A stretch of 64,000 nucleotides of DNA. It comes from a bacterium. GTDB taxonomy: Bacteria > Patescibacteriota > Minisyncoccia > Phycocordibacterales > UBA1550. This document shows positions 1 to 8,124 of this stretch, piece after piece; positions within the stretch are counted from its first letter, which is position 1; every line of letters starts with the position of its first letter. The translations under genes were made by a program, and so were the position numbers. The stretch lies in NCBI GenBank assembly GCA_030649835.1, contig JAUSES010000035.1:19590-83589 (forward strand), given 5' to 3'. The notes below the pieces were generated by a model, which worked only from the letters and a program-made list of their open reading frames with translations, made no database searches and was not told the origin of the DNA.

Positions 1-20
1 TTAATTTGCAATTGAAACAA

Positions 21-58
21 CGAAGCCCGCGGGATCAACTGCGGGCTTCATTTTTTAT
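21..58. terminator. GC hairpin (gaagcccgc...gcgggcttc) followed by a T-run; putative intrinsic terminator at the window edge
   Basis: 9-bp perfect stem at 21-48, then attttttatatttta on the + strand. Lies just downstream of the stop of the minus-strand gene 81..329. Confidence 0.4.
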
Positions 59-80
59 ATTTTATCAGTGCTACAAAAAC

Positions 81-329
81 CTACTGCGTGAACCCAGCCG
101 TAAACGAGCTGATGAAATTGAGGATACCGTACACACCCACCATAATAGCGAGTCCAACAACCCCCCACACCATGTGTTGCTTGCCTTCACTTTGAGCGTC
201 CTCACTGCTTTGGTCTTTGACAAACTTCATTACGCCAAAAAGAAAATATGCTACCGCCACTGCCATGAGAAGCACGACAAATGGCTGCAAAATCGCATCA
301 ATTATTTTTTGCATAATGGGAAATTCCAT
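81..329 (-). CDS. small membrane protein, short paralog of the TrbC/VirB2-like pilin family
   Basis: 82 aa. The C-terminal pattern WGVVGLAIMVGVYGILNFISSF resembles the pilin-like neighbours. Two predicted TM helices. Overlaps a + strand ORF (6..380) judged spurious. Confidence 0.45.
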   Translation of the reverse strand: MEFPIMQKIIDAILQPFVVLLMAVAVAYFLFGVMKFVKDQSSEDAQSEGKQHMVWGVVGLAIMVGVYGILNFISSFTAGFTQ

Positions 330-365
330 ATTGGGGTAACTAAAACTAAATCGCTATGCCTAGAA

Positions 366-722
366 CTATATACTAAGTGATGGTGGCGCTATTGATGTAC
401 CACCAGTAAACCCAGCTGTCCCTGTGAGGAACCCTACGAGTCCCCAGACGGATGCCATCACTGCAATACCAATGATACCGTACACGATACCATTCAAGCC
501 TTCCTTACGCTTTTCCTCATCTCCTGCCGACATAACAAACTTGAATACGTTCCAAAGGAAAAATACCACTGCTGCTGCAAAAATCAAGCCTGTTGCAACA
601 TTAAGCAAGTCCTTTAGGAACACAACCAAGTTTGATGCAGAGGTTACCCCCCCTTGTAGCTGTGGCGCTGCAAAAGCGATAGACGGCAACAACATAAGAC
701 CAAATGTAATAACTTTTTTCAT
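366..722 (-). CDS. TrbC/VirB2-like pilin family protein (signal peptide + two hydrophobic helices)
   Basis: 118 aa. N-terminal signal peptide MKKVITFGLMLLPSIAFA. Conserved core FLWNVFKF...KEGLNGIVYGIIGIAVMASVWGLVGF shared with four neighbouring paralogs. Confidence 0.6.
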   Translation of the reverse strand: MKKVITFGLMLLPSIAFAAPQLQGGVTSASNLVVFLKDLLNVATGLIFAAAVVFFLWNVFKFVMSAGDEEKRKEGLNGIVYGIIGIAVMASVWGLVGFLTGTAGFTGGTSIAPPSLSI

Positions 723-960
723 GGTTAATTTTCTTAGCGAGCTACTGCGAGATTTAAAAAAATTACCACCCGGTTAAATGACTTTTTACTAAAAGTCCCT
801 GCTCTGCAGGATTTAACTGGGTAAGAATCTAATCTCTTTCCGCTCGTTACTTACTTTTTAATTTATTAATATATCTACGATTCTCATACAATATCGTATT
901 TCTTTAATTATACGAAAACTATATGTAAAGGGCAAGGGGTTTTATGGATCCCTGCCACAC

Positions 961-1070
961 ACTCTTGGATCTTCGTCTTTGCGAGTAGGTACCCCTACGA
1001 AGCAATCCAGAGCGTTAGTAATGAGCCTTGGATTGCTTCGCTATGCTCGCAAAGACAAATTATTGGGTGA
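961..1070. repeat. palindromic intergenic repeat, copy 1 (TIR GTCTTTGCGAG...CTCGCAAAGAC)
   Basis: 11-bp terminal inverted repeats enclosing nested stems (gtaggtacccctac; cgaagcaatcca/tggattgcttcg). About 90% identical to the copy at 7985-8075. Confidence 0.6.
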
Positions 1071-1096
1071 GAAGGTACTATTTTAATTTCTAGTTT

Positions 1097-1606
1097 CTAT
1101 CGATTTGGTATTGCTGAACATGTACCAAGGCGCGCGCAATCAGGAATGGAGGAACAAGTAACCCCCGCACAAGCTGGTTTGCTTCCCGGAATTTGCACGG
1201 TGGCACCACCCGCCCCACCAAAAGTACCCGTTACAAAGCTGACCAACCCCCACATGGAGGCCATGACGGCAATACCTACTATCCCCCATATCGCTTGCTC
1301 CTTCATTTTTGCGCGCTCTTCGGCGTCTCCGCTTTTCTGAATAATCCTCAACATATTCCACAAGAAAAATACCACTGCTGAGGCAAAAATAATCACAATC
1401 GCGGGAGTGATGATTGTGCTAATGATATAGTCAACAAATCCCTTAAAATCCATTGCGTTTTGTGGTCCTACGAAGTAGGGGTCTTGTCTTTCGGTCACTA
1501 CGGTTCCGGGAGACATTGGCCCCACAAATGACGGCGACTGCCCATAAGCAAATGAAACAATCGGTGATAAAAGTAGAACAAAAAGTAGAACAGCTTTTTT
1601 TAGCAT
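1097..1606 (-). CDS. TrbC/VirB2-like pilin family protein
   Basis: 169 aa with signal peptide. Core FLWNMLRIIQKSGDAEERAKMKEQAIWGIVGIAVMASMWGLVSF is paralogous to 366..722. Cys-rich C-terminal tail. Confidence 0.6.
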   Translation of the reverse strand: MLKKAVLLFVLLLSPIVSFAYGQSPSFVGPMSPGTVVTERQDPYFVGPQNAMDFKGFVDYIISTIITPAIVIIFASAVVFFLWNMLRIIQKSGDAEERAKMKEQAIWGIVGIAVMASMWGLVSFVTGTFGGAGGATVQIPGSKPACAGVTCSSIPDCARLGTCSAIPNR

Positions 1607-1611
1607 ATGGG

Positions 1612-2178
1612 TTAGTTGGTAATAGTAGATATTGTTGACCCTATTAACTGTGAAAAACCAAGGGCACCGAGCAAAATGAACGCACCTATGAGACTATACA
1701 TAATCGCCTTTTTTGCATTTCCGAGCTCCTCTACATTGCCCTGCGCTTTAATAAACAAAAATCCGGAAATCATAAAGGCGATAACCACAAACGGCATCAG
1801 CACTTTTACCACGGCGTTAATGACGGCTGATGCAAATTCATCGAACGTTTTCGCCTTGATGGGGTTTACTAGTGTGGTCTTTATCTCTGTTGCGGGCGCG
1901 TTGGTATTTGTACCACCACTAGGCGCATTAGTATTTGTACCACCTGAACCACAATATTTATTTGAATAAAATTGCTGATTCTCTGCACCAAGAGTATTCC
2001 AATTGGAAAGAATTTCTATTGGCATTCCTTCACACGCCGAAGTAGCTGCTAGTACAAACATTGTTGGAAAAAACATCATTCCAAGCACCACCGCTCCAAG
2101 TATTTTTTTCATCCGATTAGAGGCTTTTTGAAAAGTAGGTTCTGTGTAGTCAATTGTATCTTTTGTTTTATTTTTCAT
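1612..2178 (-). CDS. TrbC/VirB2-like pilin family protein with internal tandem repeat
   Basis: 188 aa. Same C-terminal architecture. In-frame 24-nt tandem duplication (SGGTNTNAP x2) at about 1885-1935. The CCTCTAACGGG motif sits 19 nt upstream of the start codon. Confidence 0.6.
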   Translation of the reverse strand: MKNKTKDTIDYTEPTFQKASNRMKKILGAVVLGMMFFPTMFVLAATSACEGMPIEILSNWNTLGAENQQFYSNKYCGSGGTNTNAPSGGTNTNAPATEIKTTLVNPIKAKTFDEFASAVINAVVKVLMPFVVIAFMISGFLFIKAQGNVEELGNAKKAIMYSLIGAFILLGALGFSQLIGSTISTITN

Positions 2179-2240
2179 CTTATTATTACTCGTTTAGCCT
2201 CTAACGGGACTAGTATCGATATTATATCTACTTTTAATAA

Positions 2241-2720
2241 TTATTGAAACAGAAACTGCATGAATGTCCGTTGGTCGTCGGACAAAAGCGCAAAAAGCCC
2301 TGTTTTTATAAGGACATACGCGCCGAGCATGATAAAGAAACCAATAGCGATATTTGAGAACGCCTCTTTGGCTTTCGTCCACTCGCCTTCTTTGTCTTGA
2401 TTAATAACCAAACGTGCACCCACAAACATAAAACCAATGGCGGTGAGCGGGACGGCTACCTTGTAGATGAGAAACTTAATGATGTTGTTGGCAAGCTGAA
2501 TGAGGTCGTTAAAATTGCACTCCTCATTGTTTCCAGAAATAATCTTGTCGCCATTAAGATCCTCCCCGCACGGAATCCCAACCTGCGCCACAGCAATAAA
2601 CGGCACTGCAAAAACGACGACTGACAGGATGGTCGCAAGTGTTTTTTGGTTTGTTCTTGTGTATTTCATATTTCGCATTGAATTAGTTTTTCCTTTTTCC
2701 CCATTCCGCATTCCATTCAA
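2241..2720 (-). CDS. TrbC/VirB2-like pilin family protein
   Basis: Paralogous core FLIYKVAVPLTAIGFMFVGARLVINQDKEGEWTKAKEAFSNIAIGFFIMLGAYVLI. The true start may be an internal Met (MKYTR...). Confidence 0.55.
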   Translation of the reverse strand: MNGMRNGEKGKTNSMRNMKYTRTNQKTLATILSVVVFAVPFIAVAQVGIPCGEDLNGDKIISGNNEECNFNDLIQLANNIIKFLIYKVAVPLTAIGFMFVGARLVINQDKEGEWTKAKEAFSNIAIGFFIMLGAYVLIKTGLFALLSDDQRTFMQFLFQ

Positions 2721-4043
2721 TCATTGTGGCTGATACTGCTCTAAAAGCCGTGCAAGGCTACTTTGTGCAGTCAAAACTGCGGACGATGGCTTTACCCGCT
2801 CTGAGGTAATGCTGTCAATCATCGTCATAAAAATATTGCTCGTATCCTCAGGAGACGGGTCCTGCCAAGCACGCGCTATCAATGCTGCGTTATAAAACAC
2901 CGAGGCTACTGCATCAGTCTGCTTAATAGAAACAAGGTCTCGACGCACTGGCGGAAGGCCCGTTATTGATCCAAAACCATCGATGCTATCTTTTTGCGAA
3001 AGAAGCGATACTGCATACAGCGCACCTGTTTTATTCTCGCTTCTATCTGCAATAGCCAGACCGTACATGCGACCAAATGTTATTTTTTTAGATACCGGCG
3101 ATATTTGTGGTATGAGTGAAACATCAAAATTAAGATGCGGATTCTTCAGTTTTATTGAAGAGTATTCGCTCGAAAACCCGAAATAAATCGCGAGGTCCCC
3201 CCGTTCAAACATGATGCGTGAAGGTGAAAGGGAGCGGTTCCATGAATATGAATCCTTGTAGTCTTTTGAGAACTCGGTAAAGAAACGCATGGTCGTAACG
3301 GCGGGGTTTTCTGTATTGGACGGTGCTTCTACAAAGATACCCGCCTTTATTGCGCCATTTGTATTTTGCACAATAGGCACTCCCGCCTGCAAGAGGAGCG
3401 TTGCAATGATTTCTTTTGCATTGGTAACATTTCTATATTCACCAAAAGAAACGAGGCTTCGTGTTATGTTGTTTTTCCCATCACGAATGGTAATTTTTGG
3501 CACAAGATTATAAAATTCTGACCATGTTTTTGGAGGGGCTGTCTCGAGTGCATCGGTAAAAATATCTCGGTTCCAATACATTATGATTGGGTCTATGGTA
3601 AAAGGGAGCGCGGAAATACCACTTGGCCACAAAAACATTTCTCCTTCTTCTATAAATGTACTTTTGAAATCACGCTCGGGAATTGATTCATATGAAATAA
3701 AACTAAGTTTATTTATATTTTTCAATATCTCATCTTGTGAAAGCATTATAATGTCGGGCCCCTGCCCCACGGCGAGTGCCTCTACAAAGTCTCTGCGAAG
3801 TGACGCGGGGTTTTTCTCTACATACTTGATAGTAATGCTTTTATCAGCACTCGTAATAGCGGTAATGAGCCCCTGCATTGGAATAGCAGGAAGATTACCC
3901 CACATGGTCACCACTCCGTAATTTATTTTTTTATCGCCTCCGGGAAGGGGAAGCTTTCCTGAAAAACCCAAAAATCCTAAAAGCAAAAACGCGACAAACA
4001 CTACCATGATCACTATTTGAAAAATTTTGGGTCCTTGAGTCAT
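2721..4043 (-). CDS. extracellular solute-binding protein (ABC transporter family 1, sugar-type), orphan
   Basis: 440 aa. N-terminal membrane anchor, overall SBP_bac_1-like composition. No permease or ATPase genes adjacent. Confidence 0.5.
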   Translation of the reverse strand: MTQGPKIFQIVIMVVFVAFLLLGFLGFSGKLPLPGGDKKINYGVVTMWGNLPAIPMQGLITAITSADKSITIKYVEKNPASLRRDFVEALAVGQGPDIIMLSQDEILKNINKLSFISYESIPERDFKSTFIEEGEMFLWPSGISALPFTIDPIIMYWNRDIFTDALETAPPKTWSEFYNLVPKITIRDGKNNITRSLVSFGEYRNVTNAKEIIATLLLQAGVPIVQNTNGAIKAGIFVEAPSNTENPAVTTMRFFTEFSKDYKDSYSWNRSLSPSRIMFERGDLAIYFGFSSEYSSIKLKNPHLNFDVSLIPQISPVSKKITFGRMYGLAIADRSENKTGALYAVSLLSQKDSIDGFGSITGLPPVRRDLVSIKQTDAVASVFYNAALIARAWQDPSPEDTSNIFMTMIDSITSERVKPSSAVLTAQSSLARLLEQYQPQ

Positions 4044-4056
4044 AGGTATGATTATA

Positions 4057-4596
4057 TCATGACTTAAACATTACAAAACCATAGTGATGTGCGCCCGCGG
4101 GGACTTCATCCTTGATGACAAAACCTTCTGCCTCACAGAGTGCACGGGCAGAATCCTTGGTGACAACCATTTTTGGTGATGGACCGAGATTGTTGAAGGA
4201 GTCACTCCAGTCGATAAGCAGGAGCTTCCCTCCTATTTTCAAAATACGCTTTGCCTCACGGAGAAGCCCCTGCTTGTCCTCGGCTTGAAAGAGTACGTTT
4301 GAAACCACGACCGCATCACACACACCATCTTTTATTTTTGTACCGCCGAGGCGCTCTATGTCACCCCACAAAAGCTCTACATTTTTGAGCCCGCGGTTCG
4401 TTGCCTCATTTTTAATGTTAGTAAGAAAATCCTTCTGCACTTCCACGGCGTACACACGCCCTGTCTCCCCGACTTTTTCTGCAAGAGGGAGCGTGTATGC
4501 GCCTATCCCAGCGCCAAGGTCGGCAATAACCATACCCTCGTGAATACCAAGCGCTTTGATGTTTACTTCGGGATTAGTGAATGTGGGGAGGTCCAT
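4057..4596 (-). CDS. class I SAM-dependent methyltransferase
   Basis: Motif VIADLGAGIGAYTLPLAEKV...RVYAVEV (MTase type 11/12). The ORF-track start at 4668 reads through a GC terminator hairpin, so the start was placed at Met 4596. Confidence 0.65.
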   Translation of the reverse strand: MDLPTFTNPEVNIKALGIHEGMVIADLGAGIGAYTLPLAEKVGETGRVYAVEVQKDFLTNIKNEATNRGLKNVELLWGDIERLGGTKIKDGVCDAVVVSNVLFQAEDKQGLLREAKRILKIGGKLLLIDWSDSFNNLGPSPKMVVTKDSARALCEAEGFVIKDEVPAGAHHYGFVMFKS

Positions 4597-4634
4597 AAAG
4601 ATGCTTATATTATACCTTGTACGAGATAAGCGTG

Positions 4635-4666
4635 CAAACAAAAGGGGCCCCGAAACTTGGGGCCCC
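4635..4666 (-). terminator. intrinsic terminator (GGGGCCCC-gaaactt-GGGGCCCC hairpin + U-run on the minus strand)
   Basis: Two self-complementary GGGGCCCC octamers form an 8-bp GC stem, followed by a T-run on the minus strand. Downstream of the stop of 4683..5009. Confidence 0.55.
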
Positions 4667-4682
4667 AAAATATTTGAGTCAA

Positions 4683-5460
4683 CTACGATGCTACCTTTTC
4701 TTTAAGAGGGCAGGATTCGAGCGCCTTGTTTACTAGTGTGTAGTCCGGATGTACTGGATTTATTTCCGTAACGCCCGGAACCACAACACCAAATAATTTA
4801 CAGAACTCTCGCCACATGTCCTCGTTCACAAAGAACATAAAGCCGTTATCTAATTCGAGCCACCCCTGTGGAATACGTGACTGCCACTTACCATCATCGC
4901 CATCCTTACTCACCCATTGTAGAGATGTAAAAAGTGTACGACTTAGATATGTGTACTCCTTCAGGAAATCCTCCTCCCCGAGTGCCAGCGTACAAATAAC
5001 ATCCTCCACATGTTGCCGGATATGGCGTGGGGCAAGGACAAAAACGGTCCCCCCCCAGCTTGTGATCCTTCCGAATCATTTCACGAGCGCTGGATTCATA
5101 TTCCTGAAACTTTCCTGATAATGAAAAATTGGGATTCCCTGAAACTGTCAGAGGATACGCTTCAAGATTCATGAAGCCATCATTCAACTTTTGAATAGCT
5201 TCTGGTAGTGCTCCCATCTCAAATTCAGAAGCGCCCATAGCATCAAACGAACAAATCGCGGAAATGATTTCCCATGCTTTTTCCGAGAGTCCTCCGTGCT
5301 TCAAGCCCCCACCAAAAGCGGGAAGGCTTTCTTTCTGTGGCAATTTAAGCCGCTGAATCAGGCGCGTCCCTTCACATCCATGGATGTAATCTGGGTTTGT
5401 GACATATTTGCCATCCACATAAATCGTACTACTGTGACAATTTTTCATTCTTTTCTCCAC
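4683..5460 (-). pseudogene. hypothetical protein split by a frameshift in a C8/G8 homopolymer (about 260 aa if the tract were G7)
   Basis: ORFs 4906..5460 and 4683..5009 join in-frame if the C run at 5049-5056 is 7 rather than 8 (KLGGTVFVLAPRHIRQHVEDVICTL...). No family recognised. Confidence 0.5.
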
Positions 5461-5540
5461 TGAGTTGAAAGGGACAGCCTTTACTTAGGTCAACGTACAA
5501 ACAACCTGAATTCAGACTAACATAAATCATTAGTACTGTC

Positions 5541-5584
5541 AAAAAAAGAGCCCCGGACTTTTTAAAAGTCCGGGGATCTTTTGT
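5541..5584. terminator. bidirectional intrinsic terminator (CCCCGGACTTTT/AAAAGTCCGGGG)
   Basis: 12-bp perfect stem with a 2-nt loop, flanked by A7 upstream and TCTTTTG downstream. Directly after the stop of the gyrA remnant on the minus strand. Confidence 0.6.
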
Positions 5585-5592
5585 TAAGGACA

Positions 5593-5880
5593 CTAGAGAC
5601 AGCTCAGTGATGCAATACTATCCCCTTCTCGTAGCTTCATGATACGTACTCCCTGGGTGTCGCGGCCAAGGGTTGGTACATCTTGCATGGTAATGCGGAT
5701 CACCTGACTCATTTTTGAAATAGCTACAATCTCTTTAAATACTGGCGTGACCACCTTCTGCAACCATGAGCTGACCAATTTTAGTTGTCACCTTTGCGGT
5801 ATTAATACCCGAGTCTCCGCGCTTCTGCACTTTATATTCCTTGATGACGGTTTTCTTGCCGTAGCCGTTTTCACTCATGA
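5593..5880 (-). pseudogene. gyrA: DNA gyrase subunit A C-terminal domain fragment (remnant, internally frameshifted)
   Basis: Two adjacent frames encode GYGKKTVIKEYKVQKRGDSGINTAK...GQLMVAE and ...VIRITMQDVPTLGRDTQGVRIMKLREGDSIASL. These match GyrA beta-pinwheel blade motifs (GYGKRT..EY..Q.RGGKG; GRNTQGVRLIRL.EGD). No upstream continuation of the gene. Confidence 0.55.
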
Positions 5881-5950
5881 CCAAAAAGCTCTGGTTTTTC
5901 TCTTATAGTTTCTTCTTTTTTAACAAAATCTAGTGGTCCCCCCATTGCAG

Positions 5951-5995
5951 AAAACAAAAATCCCCCAACTAAAATAGTCGGTGGGATTTTTGTGA
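5951..5995 (-). terminator. putative intrinsic terminator for the small K-rich ORF
   Basis: AAAAATCCC/GGGATTTTT stem. On the minus strand it is followed by TTTTTGTTTTCTG. Confidence 0.4.
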
Positions 5996-6006
5996 GAGAA
6001 AGTAAG

Positions 6007-6078
6007 TTACTTTCTTTTTGCAGTCTTCTTCTTTGCTGCCTTCTTTGCTACTTTCTTAGCCTTTTTCTTTGCTGCCAT
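6007..6078 (-). CDS. 23-aa lysine/alanine-rich basic peptide (MAAKKKAKKVAKKAAKKKTAKRK)
   Basis: Not in the ORF track because it is under 60 aa. It has its own downstream hairpin plus U-tract, and an 11-bp imperfect palindrome (TTAAGATACAT-GA-ATGCATCTTAA) upstream. Confidence 0.3.
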   Translation of the reverse strand: MAAKKKAKKVAKKAAKKKTAKRK

Positions 6079-6311
6079 GTTTTTATGTGCTGTCTTAAGA
6101 TACATGAATGCATCTTAAAACGTGTATGCAAATTATTTACGACAATCTTCGACCGAGTGAGAATAATTAATTTATATTCACTCATTGTGTGATCGTCGGA
6201 TCATCTGTGTATGAAAATATTTTTCATACACGAGGTACTGATCTACTATTATTATCGCGCACATAAAAATCAAATACAATGCATTTTGAAATTAAACTGT
6301 GGATAACTCAT

Positions 6312-6341
6312 GCGTGTAATTTTTTGAAAAAAATTACACGC
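6312..6341. terminator. perfect 14-bp palindrome GCGTGTAATTTTTT-GA-AAAAAATTACACGC downstream of murB
   Basis: Perfect inverted repeat. About 65 bp past the murB stop. Followed by direct repeat gtcacaagtcacaagt. Confidence 0.35.
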
Positions 6342-6405
6342 TAGTCGAAAGTCACAAGTCACAAGTAAAAAATAAATACAATGCGCACCAACTTTCTACT
6401 TTGTA

Positions 6406-7410
6406 CTAAAGTAAGACCACTTCTTCTTCAAGCGTCACTCCTGTTTTTTCTTTTATACTTTTTTTCATTTCACTTGCGAGCAAAATAATTTCGTCTGCAT
6501 TTGCACTGCCATAATTTACTAAAATGAGCGCTTGTTTTTCATGCACGCCCACATCTCCTGTTCGTACGCCCTTCCACCTGCCCACGTGGTCTAGAAGCCA
6601 AGCTCCAGATAGCTTAACGGTTCCATCGCCTTGTATATAAGCCTTCATTTCAGGAAATGCTTTTTTTATCTTCTCGTATTGCTCGCTTGAAACAACGGGG
6701 TTTTTAAAAAAAGAGCCTGCGGTTCCGAGTGGTGGTTGGGGGAGCTTTGCGGTGCGTATAGCAATAATGATATCGCGCATCATAGAAAGTGTTGGTGCAG
6801 AAATATTTTGCTCTGCCAAATATTTCTTCACATCTTCGTAGTCCGTGCGTGGTGTACTATCTTCTTTAAGATCAAGTGTGGTGCGGAGCACAATAAGATT
6901 TTTGTTTTTTTTAAAAATACTTTCGCGATAACCAAACTCACATTTGCTATTCAGAAAAGTTTTTATCGCCATTGTCTTTGTATCAAGTGCCTCTACAGAA
7001 AAAATAGTTTCGCGAGCCTCCATGCCGTACGCGCCAACATTTTGCACTACTGCACCTCCCACCGAGCCGGGAATGAGTGAAAGATTTTCAATCCCCCACA
7101 TGTTGTGTGCAACAACATCGCGCACTACTTCGTCCCACACCTCTCCTGCACCAACTACAATTTTTGTCCCGCTGTAATCAACTCCCTTTATTTCAATTTT
7201 CATTACGAGTCCCGGGAACCCAGTCCCTGAGACAAGGGTGTTTGATCCGCCCCCTAAAACAAAGATGGGGAGCTTTTTTTCGCGAGCAAAAAACACTGCT
7301 TCTTTCAGTTCATTCGCGCTCGCCACACGTACAAAAAAACGCGCATTGCCTCCCACCCGCATGGTGGTAAATTGCGCGAGATTTACATTTTCCTCTATAT
7401 GAATATTCAT
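6406..7410 (-). CDS. murB: UDP-N-acetylenolpyruvoylglucosamine reductase
   Basis: 334 aa. N-terminal FAD-binding region FTTMRVGGNARFFV...LPIFVLGGGSN. Length and C-terminal domain are typical of MurB. Confidence 0.85.
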   Translation of the reverse strand: MNIHIEENVNLAQFTTMRVGGNARFFVRVASANELKEAVFFAREKKLPIFVLGGGSNTLVSGTGFPGLVMKIEIKGVDYSGTKIVVGAGEVWDEVVRDVVAHNMWGIENLSLIPGSVGGAVVQNVGAYGMEARETIFSVEALDTKTMAIKTFLNSKCEFGYRESIFKKNKNLIVLRTTLDLKEDSTPRTDYEDVKKYLAEQNISAPTLSMMRDIIIAIRTAKLPQPPLGTAGSFFKNPVVSSEQYEKIKKAFPEMKAYIQGDGTVKLSGAWLLDHVGRWKGVRTGDVGVHEKQALILVNYGSANADEIILLASEMKKSIKEKTGVTLEEEVVLL

Positions 7411-7420
7411 CAGAAAGGGT

Positions 7421-7502
7421 TCAAAAATATGCTCCTATCCTCTTTTGGCCAGCGGGTGCGAACTCCAACAAATGTCTAATATGTGAGTGCAGCCGCTAGC
7501 CA
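7421..7502. promoter_or_regulatory. long imperfect hairpin (about 24-bp stem) immediately upstream of the murB start
   Basis: ctcctatcctcttttggccagcgg ... ccgctagccaaaagaggataggag with a loop of about 30 nt. Lies in a 700-bp ORF-free region. Confidence 0.4.
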
Positions 7503-7984
7503 AAAGAGGATAGGAGGATAAGGATAGTATAGGGGATTCCAAGCAAAAACACCATCTCATAACATTTGTGCAGGTACGCAAAACCCCACGTTCGTGGGGG
7601 TTTACGCAGACATTCGTTTGTTGAATCGCACAGGAGTTGCCTCCAGCGCACTCACATACGTGTATCCTAGCAGATTGCGTTCAAAAAGTCAAGCTTTTTT
7701 GGTTCTTCGACAATTAGTGTGGTGGATAACTAACAAGGACGGCTCTGTTAAGCTGTAAAAGGGTCAAGACCAACTCAAATCATCGCTAGACACCCCGCAG
7801 ATCATACAAGGCTTCCTTCTTATAAGAAATTTGTCAAAATATACTTTAAAAACAACGATTTTTAAATTTTAAGTAAATTAGCCATTAAAAGCTGAGTTAA
7901 ATCTTCCACACTAATTGTTGTAGAACCGCTTTTTTTCGAGTAACCCCCCACACCTCAATTTATAACCATGCAATTACATCCTTT

Positions 7985-8075
7985 TAATCGTCTTTGCGAG
8001 TAGGTACTCCTACGAAGCAATCCAGAGAGTTGGTAATTAACCCTGGGTTGCTTCGCTTTGCTCGCAAAGACGGAG
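7985..8075. repeat. palindromic intergenic repeat, copy 2
   Basis: Same TIRs and internal stems as copy 1. Directly after the stop of 8125..8919. Confidence 0.6.
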
Positions 8076-8124
8076 TTTAGAATCGCATAGTGTGTGAGGG
8101 GTCAAGCTTTTTTCGAAGGGAAAA

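Noticed and set aside
6-380. 124-aa + strand ORF at the window start
   Set aside because: Fully overlaps the pilin-like minus-strand gene 81..329 and is antisense to it. Its composition is mirror-like low complexity and it has no motifs.
424-777. 117-aa + strand ORF
   Set aside because: Antisense to the well-supported pilin paralog 366..722. It is probably an artefact of codon bias on the opposite strand.
1140-1381. Several 60-75 aa ORFs inside 1097..1606 on both strands
   Set aside because: They are nested within, or antisense to, a gene with clear family resemblance. None has independent signals.
4597-4668. N-terminal extension of the methyltransferase ORF (ORF-track start 4668)
   Set aside because: The extension would be translated through the GGGGCCCC terminator hairpin of the upstream gene. 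An internal Met at 4596 follows the terminator and gives a conventional MTase N-terminus.
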